DNA of 64,000 nucleotides from an uncultured Aliarcobacter sp. (GTDB taxonomy: Bacteria; Campylobacterota; Campylobacteria; Campylobacterales; Arcobacteraceae). The stretch covers positions 1,984,001-2,048,000 of the forward strand of contig OY781945.1 of the NCBI GenBank assembly GCA_963677435.1. Direction: 5' to 3'. Positions 37,264 to 49,227 of the stretch are shown here, in pieces. Positions within the stretch are counted from its first letter, which is position 1. Every line of letters starts with the position of its first letter. A model generated the notes under the pieces. The model worked only from the letters and a program-made list of their open reading frames with translations. It was not told the origin of the DNA and made no database searches. A program made the translations under genes and the position numbers.

Positions 37264-40206
37264 TTATTTTAAAGGCTTATTTATTTCATTCTCTTTTGTT
37301 TTTTCTTCTTCTTTTGAATCACCAGTTATATAATCCAAAAGTTTAGCAGGTGAAGTTAATATTCTTTTTCCTATATTCATAGGTACGCTAATTGTATCTT
37401 TTGTTAGGTTTGTTGATATCTCTGGATTATCTAAAGTTCCTTTTATATTAACTTCTGTTTCAACTCTGTTGTTATCACCTAATAAAACATAATTTAAAAC
37501 AGGAATCATTCCAACAATTTTTGAATAATCTTTTAAAAATATAAGTTTGATATTTGAATTTATTTCTAAAGTATTTAAATTAACTTGCCCACTTCCATCA
37601 AAATCTATACCATTTCCAACTGTAATAAATTTTTTAATATCTAACAAAGCTTTCTCTTTACTATAATTAAATTCAATATTTCCATTAACAATTTTATAAG
37701 CTAATAGATTAAATCCTGAATTTGTAGCCATTCCTACAACTGAAGGAATAGCTAGAAATGGATTTATTAATGCTGGTGATGTTTGAATAAACAATAAAAG
37801 ATTATTCAAAATAGCTAAATCACTTATATTTGCATCTGTGATAATTATTTTACCATTTAAATTATTCATATCTCCACTTGCATGTAAAAGTACATTTCCA
37901 CCTTTAAATACCTGTTTATCGAAAATACTATTTATAAATTCATCATTCATATTATTTGAAAAAATATCTATTTTTTTATCTTTTGATTCTTTAAAAGTAA
38001 AATTTGTTTCTTTATGATTTAAACTTATAAACTTACTATCAGGTCTAACTTTTATTTCAAAATTATCAGCTAAAAATTTATATTTATCATTCAAAATAAT
38101 ATTTGAATTTTTACCTTTAAGATCTATTTCTTTATATTTAATTTCATCATTACTATTATCAGTTTTAGAATAATAAAGATTATATCCATCAACATGCAAT
38201 GATAAAGAGTCTTTTTTTAACTCTAAGTTTAAATCTTTTTCTTTTGTTTGAATTAATGTGATATTATTTTTTATATTTCCAATTAAACTTAAGTTTTCAA
38301 CTTTTTCATTGTTTTTTCTAATTGGTAAATCAAGATTTTTCACATCTGCTTCAAAATCTATAGCTTTATTTTCAATTTGTATTTTTGCATTTTTTAAATG
38401 ATAAATATCATTATCAATTTTTAATCTACTATTAGTAAGATTAATATTCATATCTCTTTCTAATCCACTCTCTTTTAGTTTTGGATCTAAAATAACATCA
38501 ATATTTTTTAGAAATATATTTAATTTATCAGCTATTTGTATTTTTATATTTTCATCTTTTGAAATAATAGTTACCTTGTCTTTTTCAATTTTTCCAGTTA
38601 TATCAAGGGAATTAATATTTTTATCATCTTTTTGAATAGGAAAATTAAAACCTTTTATAAACGCATCAAAACTTATATTATTTTCATCTTTAATTTGTAA
38701 ATTAATATTTCCTTCATTAATTGAAATATCTTTTAAAAGTTTTGAATAAGGATATATTTTTGATAAATCATCAATATTTACATATACTAAATCAGAAACT
38801 TTTACTTTAGTACCTAAATCTTTTAATGAAATATTTACCTCTTTATTAAAATCTAAGGTAATAGGAGTTTTTTTGTTTTTTATATCTAAAATATCTGTAT
38901 CTTTACCCTCTTTTATTAAAAAAGATTTAATATTGGCTTCACCTTGAGATTTTAATGTTTTTGTATTTAACTCTAAATTTACAACTGAATCTATCATACT
39001 TTTGTATTTAAAATCACTATCTTTTATTTTAATTAATGAATCATCTAATACAACTTCAGCTTTTTTACTATAAAAAGTGAAATCATTTATAGAAATTTGA
39101 GCATCATCTACAAAAAAATCACCATGAATTGACATATCTTTGGAATCTTCATATGGAAACTTCATTAATAAAGAGGCTTGTGTAGTTCCTGTTTTTTGAA
39201 CTAAAGGAAGATTTATTTTATATGCTTTTAAAATATCTAAAATATCTTTATCTAATTTACTATTTGCATTTATAAATACATCTACTTCTCCATTTGCAGC
39301 ACTTGTTAAATTATGAATACTTACATAACTACCATCAAGTTTTTTATCTTTATAAGTAGGTTCAATTAAATTTAAATCTAATTTATTATTTTTAAAAGAG
39401 ATATCTAAACTTTTTGTATTAATTACATCTACATCTTTATGAAATCTAATTTTTGCACCTTTGATTTGTGCTTTACCTTGAATTGAATCTTCAATAATAT
39501 GATTATTTTCCAAATCATATTCAGCATATAATTCTTTAATTTGAAAATCACCTTCGACATTATCATACATCCAAGACTCAGCAATCGCAGGTAAATCTAT
39601 AATATTTTTTAAAAATTTTATATTTTTAAAATGCTCACTTTCTAAATAAACTTTCGCTAATTTTTTTGTCATTTCAACATTAATATTACTTTGTAAGTCT
39701 TGATAATATACTTTTCCATAGTAATTTAATTTTTCATTAAAATAATCAACTTTTATTTTTCCATCAAACATTACATCAGCATCTTTTAAATATAAAGAAT
39801 AAAGCTCAAACACCACTTGATTCGATATTGTATCAATCTTTGAAGCAATATTAATATATTTATTATCTAAATAAAAAATTTCATCATTTAAAACTATTTC
39901 AAACTCATTATCCCCAATTTTTAACTTATCAATTTTTATTTTTTCAAAGAATTTCAAAACCTTAGGAAGTAGTTCTATATTCTTTTTTAACTCTACAAAA
40001 GAATTACTTTTTTCAACTTTATTTGATTTATATTCGATATTTCCAACATTCAAAATAAGTTTTTTATCCATTTTAATATAGAATTGCGAAACCAAAATAT
40101 TTGAAAAAGAAAAAGAGTTGATTTTTATGCCCCAATACAGAAACGAAAAGAATGATATTATTAATAAAAAAAAGAAGAGGAAAGCGAATTTAATCGTTTT
40201 TAACAT
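37264..40206 (-). CDS. AsmA-like (YhdP/DUF3971-type) protein
   Basis: N-terminal TM, long beta-rich body, C-terminal IPVLNYVLLG..KGTLDNP. Confidence 0.8.
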   Translation of the reverse strand: MLKTIKFAFLFFFLLIISFFSFLYWGIKINSFSFSNILVSQFYIKMDKKLILNVGNIEYKSNKVEKSNSFVELKKNIELLPKVLKFFEKIKIDKLKIGDNEFEIVLNDEIFYLDNKYINIASKIDTISNQVVFELYSLYLKDADVMFDGKIKVDYFNEKLNYYGKVYYQDLQSNINVEMTKKLAKVYLESEHFKNIKFLKNIIDLPAIAESWMYDNVEGDFQIKELYAEYDLENNHIIEDSIQGKAQIKGAKIRFHKDVDVINTKSLDISFKNNKLDLNLIEPTYKDKKLDGSYVSIHNLTSAANGEVDVFINANSKLDKDILDILKAYKINLPLVQKTGTTQASLLMKFPYEDSKDMSIHGDFFVDDAQISINDFTFYSKKAEVVLDDSLIKIKDSDFKYKSMIDSVVNLELNTKTLKSQGEANIKSFLIKEGKDTDILDIKNKKTPITLDFNKEVNISLKDLGTKVKVSDLVYVNIDDLSKIYPYSKLLKDISINEGNINLQIKDENNISFDAFIKGFNFPIQKDDKNINSLDITGKIEKDKVTIISKDENIKIQIADKLNIFLKNIDVILDPKLKESGLERDMNINLTNSRLKIDNDIYHLKNAKIQIENKAIDFEADVKNLDLPIRKNNEKVENLSLIGNIKNNITLIQTKEKDLNLELKKDSLSLHVDGYNLYYSKTDNSNDEIKYKEIDLKGKNSNIILNDKYKFLADNFEIKVRPDSKFISLNHKETNFTFKESKDKKIDIFSNNMNDEFINSIFDKQVFKGGNVLLHASGDMNNLNGKIIITDANISDLAILNNLLLFIQTSPALINPFLAIPSVVGMATNSGFNLLAYKIVNGNIEFNYSKEKALLDIKKFITVGNGIDFDGSGQVNLNTLEINSNIKLIFLKDYSKIVGMIPVLNYVLLGDNNRVETEVNIKGTLDNPEISTNLTKDTISVPMNIGKRILTSPAKLLDYITGDSKEEEKTKENEINKPLK

Positions 40207-41248
40207 TATAAATTTTGTCCTTGTTTGTTTGATTGTTGTGTTGTATTATGTAACTATGCCAATAAATTCTACGAAGGTATTATATATTCCAAAAGGCAGT
40301 ACTAGTTATATTATATCATACTTAAATAAAAATGGTTTTGATTTGAATGTTGTTGATGAATTTGTTATAAAAGCGTCTGGTTATGTTCAAAGTGGTTGGA
40401 TTGATATAAATCAAAACAGATTAACAAGAATGGATTTTATTTATAAATTAATAACATCAAAAGCTGCTCTTAAAAATATAACTTTGATTCCAGGAGAAAC
40501 TTCATATGTCTTTTTAAAAAAATTAGCTAATGAATTTAATCTTTCTGAAGAGAAGTTAACTCAATTATATAATCAATACGCATATAAGTTGGATGGAAAT
40601 ATTTTAGCAGATACTTATTCATTACCACTTGGAATGAAAGAAGACTATATGATTTTTTATCTTTTTTCACAAACAAACAAAAAATATGAAGAGTTCTCTA
40701 AAAAGATATTCGGTTATTATGATAAAAGAAAGTGGTTCAATTATTTAAGTTTAGCTTCTGTTATACAAAAAGAAGCAGCAACAACAAATGAAATGCCAAT
40801 TGTTGCAAGTGTAGTTCATAATAGACTAAAAAAAGGTATGAAACTTCAAATGGATGGAACTTTAAATTATGGTATATATTCAAATACTGTAGTTACAGCT
40901 GACAGAATCAGAGATGACAATACTACATATAATACTTACAAGGTAACTGGACTTCCAACAAATCCTATTTGTGCTGTTAGTTTAGATGCAATAAAAGCAG
41001 CAATTTTCCCCGTAAAAAGTGATTATATCTATTTTGTAAGAGATAATAAAACAGGTCTTCATAAATTTGCATCAACTTTTGAAGCACATCAAGCTAATAT
41101 AAGAGCAAATATTGGTGTTGAAAAAACATATACAAAAGTTAAAGATGATGAAACATTGATTGACGCAGAAGCTGAAACTATTATGAAAACAGATGTTACA
41201 AAACAAAAACCTTCATCAATCAAAGATTTATTTAATAATGTAAATTAA
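40127..41248 (+). CDS. mltG: endolytic transglycosylase
   Basis: ASVIQKE, NRLKKGMKLQMDGT, YNTY..GLP..PI, YFV; start uncertain (40118 or 40127). Confidence 0.9.
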   Translation: MPQYRNEKNDIINKKKKRKANLIVFNIINFVLVCLIVVLYYVTMPINSTKVLYIPKGSTSYIISYLNKNGFDLNVVDEFVIKASGYVQSGWIDINQNRLTRMDFIYKLITSKAALKNITLIPGETSYVFLKKLANEFNLSEEKLTQLYNQYAYKLDGNILADTYSLPLGMKEDYMIFYLFSQTNKKYEEFSKKIFGYYDKRKWFNYLSLASVIQKEAATTNEMPIVASVVHNRLKKGMKLQMDGTLNYGIYSNTVVTADRIRDDNTTYNTYKVTGLPTNPICAVSLDAIKAAIFPVKSDYIYFVRDNKTGLHKFASTFEAHQANIRANIGVEKTYTKVKDDETLIDAEAETIMKTDVTKQKPSSIKDLFNNVN

Positions 41249-41254
41249 CCCAAT

Positions 41255-43563
<2,309 letters not shown>

Positions 43564-43576
43564 TTTAATCTATATT

Positions 43577-43604
43577 TAAAAGAGAAGATTTTTCTTCTCT
43601 TTTA
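43577..43604 (+). terminator. intrinsic terminator after icd
   Basis: TAAAAGAGAAGA-loop-TCTTCTCTTTTA. Confidence 0.7.
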
Positions 43605-43752
43605 CTCTTTTTTCTTCTAAATTCAAAAATCTATTTTAAATACAACATAAATAAAAAATCACACTCATTTTCCTAAACAATTTATAACACTTCTTTAGAT
43701 AAAATATTGCCCTTTATGAAAGCAAATAAAAACTAGTAATTAGGTTGAAAAT

Positions 43753-44160
43753 ATGAAAGTAGTTACAGGAGTAGTTGGTAACGATATACATGTAGTTGCA
43801 AATAGACTTATTGATATATCACTACAAGCAAGAGGCTTTGAAGTGTTTAATCTTGGTGTTAATACATATCTTGAAGAGTTTATTGATGCAGTTATTGAAA
43901 CAAATGCAGATGTATTACTTATTTCATCATTAAATGGTGAAGCAGAAGGATGGTGTAGGGAACTTGGCATTTTAAAATCAAAATATAAAAATTTAAAAGA
44001 TGTAGTTTTTATGATAGGTGGAAACTTAGCAGTTGGAGAAGGTGATGCAAGTGTTCTTGTTCCAAAATTCAAAAACTATGGTTTTGATTTAGTATTTCAT
44101 CAAGTTGACTTAAACAGTGGTCTTGATGAATTAGAAAAATACTTGAGGGAGAAAAAATGA
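43753..44160 (+). CDS. glutamate (methylaspartate) mutase small B12-binding subunit
   Basis: DIHVV (DxHxx) B12 motif, NLGV, ISSLNG, IGGNL. Confidence 0.85.
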   Translation: MKVVTGVVGNDIHVVANRLIDISLQARGFEVFNLGVNTYLEEFIDAVIETNADVLLISSLNGEAEGWCRELGILKSKYKNLKDVVFMIGGNLAVGEGDASVLVPKFKNYGFDLVFHQVDLNSGLDELEKYLREKK

Positions 44161-45521
44161 GTTTACTTCAAGAAGAAAGAAACATAATTGTTCAAAATAA
44201 ATATGCAGATAATTTTGATTTTGCAGAGATTGAAGAGTTTATAAAAAACGCTTCAAAAAATCTATTTATTTCACATCATTTTAAAAACAAAAAAAAGATG
44301 TTAGTTCAACCAAGAGGTGGATTTCCAACTTATAAAAAAATGTTTTCACTTTATGAATTTTTCGTAGATGCAAATGTTGATGTATTACCTTGTACAATTG
44401 ATTCAAATACAAGATTAAATGACTATGCAACAAGTGCTAAAATGTTAAAACTTTCAGAAGAGAATGAAGTTGATATGTTAAATGGTTACCCACTTGTAAA
44501 TCATGGATATAGAACATCTAGAAAAATGATGACTCACTTTGATAAACCAATTTCATTAAGACACGGAACTCCTGATGCTAGACTTTTAATTGAAACAGCA
44601 TTGGCTTCTGGTATTTTTGAAATAGAGGGTGGTCCAATTACTTACCTTTTACCCTACTCTAAAAACTTTCCATTAGATAAAGCATTTATGTATTGGAAAT
44701 ATGTAGAAAGAATCTGTGCAAACTATTCAAAACTAAATGAACCAATCAATAGAGAATCATTTGGACCATTAACAGCAACTCTAGTTCCTCCTTGTATTAC
44801 AATAGTAATTCAACTTTGCGAAATGCTTTTATCACTTGAAGAGGGTGTAAAATCTTTTTCTGTTTCATTCTCACAAACAGGTTCAATGATTCAAGATATA
44901 GTTACAGCAAATGTTTTAAGAAAAATGGCAAAACATTATGCTGAACAAATTGGATGTGGTGATGCTATGATAAATCTAGTATATCATCAATGGATGGGAG
45001 CGTTTCCATCAAATAAAGATTATTCTGAGTCATTAATTAATACTTCAACTGTAATTGCGTCAATGGTGCGAGCTGATAAAATCATCACAAAAACAAGAGA
45101 TGAAGCTTTTGGTATTCCTACACGTGAATCAAATGCAAAAACAGTTGCAAATACACAATATACTCTAAGAATGTTACAAGGTATTCCAAACATTACAGAT
45201 GAACAAGAAGAAGAGATAGTAACAAGTGAAGTAATGGCTATTATGGAAGCTGTATTTAACGATAAAGCTGACACTTTATGGAGAAAAGTATTTAACTGTA
45301 TAAAATCAGGAATCATTGATGTTCCATATTCTCCACATATTATCAATCACAATGAAGTAGTAACTGTAAGAGATAAAAATAAAAACATCAGAATTATCAA
45401 AAAAGGAAATCTTCCAATTAGTGATAGATGTTTTGAATATGAAAAGGCACAATGTGACTTAAACAAAGATGCTTCATCAATAGTAAACGATATAATCCAT
45501 GATATAGGAATTATGCAATGA
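44157..45521 (+). CDS. glutamate (methylaspartate) mutase large subunit (GlmE/MamB-like)
   Basis: QPRGG, TIDSNTRLNDY, LNGYPLVNHG, RHGTPDARLL, INRESFGPLT, HQWMGAFP. Confidence 0.88.
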   Translation: MSLLQEERNIIVQNKYADNFDFAEIEEFIKNASKNLFISHHFKNKKKMLVQPRGGFPTYKKMFSLYEFFVDANVDVLPCTIDSNTRLNDYATSAKMLKLSEENEVDMLNGYPLVNHGYRTSRKMMTHFDKPISLRHGTPDARLLIETALASGIFEIEGGPITYLLPYSKNFPLDKAFMYWKYVERICANYSKLNEPINRESFGPLTATLVPPCITIVIQLCEMLLSLEEGVKSFSVSFSQTGSMIQDIVTANVLRKMAKHYAEQIGCGDAMINLVYHQWMGAFPSNKDYSESLINTSTVIASMVRADKIITKTRDEAFGIPTRESNAKTVANTQYTLRMLQGIPNITDEQEEEIVTSEVMAIMEAVFNDKADTLWRKVFNCIKSGIIDVPYSPHIINHNEVVTVRDKNKNIRIIKKGNLPISDRCFEYEKAQCDLNKDASSIVNDIIHDIGIMQ

Positions 45522-46702
45522 GCCAAAATAAATTATTAATAGATGTAGGAAGTACATATTTTAAAGTTTGTGCAAACAACCAAGTTGAGCAACATTTTAG
45601 AGATTTCAATAAAGATATTTATGATGATTTATTATCAAAATGTTCAGAGACTATCTCAAAATTTAAAAAAGATGAAGTATTTATCTGTTCATCTGCAAAT
45701 GGTGGATTAACAACATTAATTATTGGAATTACAAACTCTTTTTCATTAAAATTTGCAACAAATATTGCTTATAATTCTGGAATTAATATTATTAATACTG
45801 TTTTATACCAAGATATTGAGACATCTTCAATTCCAAGTGATTTAATTGATGTAGTAATTGTTGTTGGTGGAATTAATAGTGTTGATAATGTATTTGACCA
45901 TAAATTATTTAACTATTTAGAAAATCTTAGATTTTCAAATATTGTATTTGCAGGAACAACAAAAGATGCTGAGTTTTTAAGTGATAATATTCAAAATTTA
46001 GTAGTTGTAGAAAATATTATAAACAACAAATTACATGTTGTTGAAGAGCCTTTAAAAAACTATCTAACAAACCTTTATCAAGCTGATATTGAAGGTAAAG
46101 AAGATATAAAACATCTATATGATTTAACTTCAAATCAAATATTTTCAACTCCATATATTGTAAATAAAACATTACCTTATATAGATAGTAAATTTGCAGC
46201 TGTTAATCCATTTATTCTAATAGATATTGGAGGAGCTACAACTGATATTCACTACTCTAAAGATTTATCTATGGATAATATGGTTACAGAGAATGAATAT
46301 GATAGATTAGTTTTTAAAAAACTAGGAGTTTTTAAATCAAAAGAATCTTTAATATTTGCAGCTAAAAACAATGAGTTTGTTTATGAATTATTAGAATATT
46401 TAAAAGTTACAGAAAATATTTTTAATGAAGATTCACCAAAAAGTTTACGAATTTTAATGCAACTAGCAATTTTTTTAGTTTTATACAAAGTTAGTGAAGC
46501 TCATCCTTTATATATAAAATTAAAGTTAAATCTACTAAAATCTATTGTATTAACAGGTGGTATAACAAAAGTATTAAGTTTTGAAGAGGCTGAGGATATT
46601 ATTTCATTTTTTTATAAAAAAATTTTAAATTCAGATATTCATCCATCTATCATCTTAGATTCAAATTACGATATTTGGACACTAGGTATTACACAACAAT
46701 AA
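45518..46702 (+). CDS. glutamate mutase reactivase-like protein (GlmL, ASKHA ATPase)
   Basis: IDVGSTYFK, CSSANGG, IDIGGATTD, LTGG. Confidence 0.8.
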   Translation: MSQNKLLIDVGSTYFKVCANNQVEQHFRDFNKDIYDDLLSKCSETISKFKKDEVFICSSANGGLTTLIIGITNSFSLKFATNIAYNSGINIINTVLYQDIETSSIPSDLIDVVIVVGGINSVDNVFDHKLFNYLENLRFSNIVFAGTTKDAEFLSDNIQNLVVVENIINNKLHVVEEPLKNYLTNLYQADIEGKEDIKHLYDLTSNQIFSTPYIVNKTLPYIDSKFAAVNPFILIDIGGATTDIHYSKDLSMDNMVTENEYDRLVFKKLGVFKSKESLIFAAKNNEFVYELLEYLKVTENIFNEDSPKSLRILMQLAIFLVLYKVSEAHPLYIKLKLNLLKSIVLTGGITKVLSFEEAEDIISFFYKKILNSDIHPSIILDSNYDIWTLGITQQ

Positions 46703-46711
46703 AGGGAAAAA

Positions 46712-48283
46712 ATGTCAATAAATTGTATTAGAACATTAATAGAAGATGCAAATGTATCAAACCCAGATAAAACTGCATTGATTTGTGGAAGTGAGAAATT
46801 AACTTATAGTGAACTTTTTACTAAAGTAAATCAAATCGCTTACTATTTAGCTGAACTTGATTTGCCAAAAGGTAGTAGAATTGGTCTTTATTCAAATAAA
46901 AGTATTGACCAAGTTATAGCAATACTTGCAATTTTATCAACTAATTATGTATTAGTTCCTCTAACAAAACTTTTAAAACCTGAACAAGTTGAATATATTA
47001 TTGGTGATTGTGATATTAAATGTATTATTACTGATAGAATTAAAATTGAATCAATTGAAGAGATAAAATTTGATGGACATATAATCTCTTATGAAACTAC
47101 TCATAAAGATTTACCTTCATTTGAAGAAATTTATAAATATTATAACAAACCATATATTTGTGATGTAAATGGACATGATAATGCTGTTATTACTTACTCT
47201 TTTGGGCTTTCTGGAAAACCAAATGGTATTGTTATTTCACATAGAAATCTAATTGATTCTGCGCGTGTTGTATCTCAATATTTACACTTAGAAGAAGATG
47301 ATATTATTTCAGGACTTTTAGTATTTAATCTTGATTATGGATTAAATCAAATCTTTTGTTCACTTTATAAAAGAGCAACTTTAGCTCTACATAGATTTGT
47401 TTTACCAAATGATTTTTTCAATCATATTATTAATGATAAAGTTACAGTTCTTCCCTTGATGCCTATAAATATAACTGAAATGTTTGATGAAGATATGTAT
47501 AAACTTCCAAGTGCTGAGTTATTAAAAAATGTAAGAATTATTACCTCTTCAGGTGGTAATTTAACAGCTAAAATGATGACTGATATAGAAAAATGCTTTT
47601 CAAATGCAAAACTTTTTTCAATGCATGGATTAACAGAGGCATTTAGATCAACTTATTTAAACCCTACTCAATTAAAAATAAGACCCGAGTCAATTGGAAA
47701 AGCAATTCCTGATGTAGAATTATATGTAATTGATGAAAATGGAAATGAATGTCCACCAAGAGTTGTAGGTGAATTAATCCATAGAGGTGGATATATTTAC
47801 AAAGGTTTCTGGAATGCTCCACTTGTAACTGCGCAAAGATTTAAATCTATTGATATTTTAAAAAATGTAATTAATCTTGAAGGTCAACTAAGCGATGAAA
47901 TTGTTGTAAAAACAGGTGATTATGTTTATAAAGATGAAGAAGGATATTTTTATTTTGTTTCAAGACATGATGATATGATTAAAACTAGAGGATTTAGGGT
48001 AAATCCTTTTGAAATAGAATCAGTAGTTGAACAAAAAATCAAAGAAATTGAAAGATGCGCAGTTTTTTCTATAGAAAATAAAGAGATTGAAGAAGAGATT
48101 GTTTTAGTATATTCAGGAAGAAATGAATTAAGTTCTAGTGAAATTTTATTTGAATTAAAAAATCATTTAGCTTCATATATGATTCCTGCAAAAATTATTT
48201 ATAAAAAATCTTTACCTTTAATTCCATCTGATAAAAATAGAATCAATAAAGAAGAACTAAAAAAAGAGCTTATCTCAAAATAA
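46712..48283 (+). CDS. AMP-dependent (ANL) ligase, atypical
   Basis: DYGLNQ, GLTEAFRSTYL, SIGKAIP, GELIHRG, TGD, RHDDMIK; P-loop degenerate (YSFGLSGKPNG). Confidence 0.85.
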   Translation: MSINCIRTLIEDANVSNPDKTALICGSEKLTYSELFTKVNQIAYYLAELDLPKGSRIGLYSNKSIDQVIAILAILSTNYVLVPLTKLLKPEQVEYIIGDCDIKCIITDRIKIESIEEIKFDGHIISYETTHKDLPSFEEIYKYYNKPYICDVNGHDNAVITYSFGLSGKPNGIVISHRNLIDSARVVSQYLHLEEDDIISGLLVFNLDYGLNQIFCSLYKRATLALHRFVLPNDFFNHIINDKVTVLPLMPINITEMFDEDMYKLPSAELLKNVRIITSSGGNLTAKMMTDIEKCFSNAKLFSMHGLTEAFRSTYLNPTQLKIRPESIGKAIPDVELYVIDENGNECPPRVVGELIHRGGYIYKGFWNAPLVTAQRFKSIDILKNVINLEGQLSDEIVVKTGDYVYKDEEGYFYFVSRHDDMIKTRGFRVNPFEIESVVEQKIKEIERCAVFSIENKEIEEEIVLVYSGRNELSSSEILFELKNHLASYMIPAKIIYKKSLPLIPSDKNRINKEELKKELISK

Positions 48284-48328
48284 AAGAATATAGCCAAAAG
48301 GTTATTTTCTTTTATTTTTTTTAAATTT

Positions 48329-48344
48329 ATTGACATGAGTCAAT
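48329..48344. promoter_or_regulatory. Crp/Fnr-family box upstream of cytochrome c
   Basis: ATTGAC-ATGA-GTCAAT dyad. Confidence 0.6.
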
Positions 48345-48398
48345 AGAATCTAATCTAATTTTGATTATAATAACATTATAAAATAAAAAGGATTGTCT

Positions 48399-48677
48399 AT
48401 GAAAAAAATTGTTATTGCTGCTTCGTTATTAACTGCATGTGTTGCTTTTGCTGGTTCTTATGATAAATGTGTTGTTTGTCATGGTGCAAATGGAGAAAAA
48501 GCTGCGATGGGAAAATCAAAAATCATCAAAGATTTAACTAAAGCTGACTTTGTTGCTGCATTAAAAGGTTATCAAGATGGAACTTATGGTGGGGCTACTA
48601 AAGGTTTAATGGCGGCACAAGTAAAAGGAATGGATGAAGCTACAATGAATGAGATTGCAGATTTAATCATTAAATAA
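48399..48677 (+). CDS. cytochrome c553-type monoheme cytochrome
   Basis: Signal peptide, CVVCH, distal Met. Confidence 0.9.
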   Translation: MKKIVIAASLLTACVAFAGSYDKCVVCHGANGEKAAMGKSKIIKDLTKADFVAALKGYQDGTYGGATKGLMAAQVKGMDEATMNEIADLIIK

Positions 48678-48701
48678 TCCAAATAATAACTAGAGTTATC
48701 T

Positions 48702-49100
48702 CTAGTTATTAAAAATATCACTATTTTTTATCTCTATTAATATATTTTCCAACTCTTCTTTCTCTTTTAAAAGCTGTTCAATCATTTTATCTTTTTGGTT
48801 TTCATTAACATCTGTATTTTTTTGTTCTAATATTTTTCCTAAATAAAATTCAAAAACATTTTTTTCAATAGAATAATCAACTTTTAGACACTCGACTATT
48901 ATTTGAGGTTTGTCACTTCCTAAACCATTTGTAATTAGAAGTTTTGTTATTTGTTTTATCGTATATGTTAATTTATCAGCAATTATTTTTGGCTCAAGAA
49001 GCTCTTTTTTCCAATAATTATTATTCTCTTTTTCTAGAATATTAATTTTTTTTAATAAAATTTTTTCAAATAAATCTTTATTAATTGAAAGTTTATACAT
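48702..49100 (-). CDS. hypothetical protein
   Basis: 132-aa ORF with GAGG RBS. Confidence 0.6.
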   Translation of the reverse strand: MYKLSINKDLFEKILLKKINILEKENNNYWKKELLEPKIIADKLTYTIKQITKLLITNGLGSDKPQIIVECLKVDYSIEKNVFEFYLGKILEQKNTDVNENQKDKMIEQLLKEKEELENILIEIKNSDIFNN

Positions 49101-49227
49101 AATTTTCCTCTAAATAATTTGTTTACTATAACTATAAATTACTAAAAAAAAGGTTCTATAATCTTTAGAATAAAATCTTTACCCATAAAATGGTACAATC
49201 ACAAAAAAATTTATTAATAGGATAAAA

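Noticed and set aside
45518..46702. Mismatch-repair MutL
   Set aside because: ASKHA motifs and operon position indicate the glutamate-mutase-associated GlmL, not a GHKL MutL
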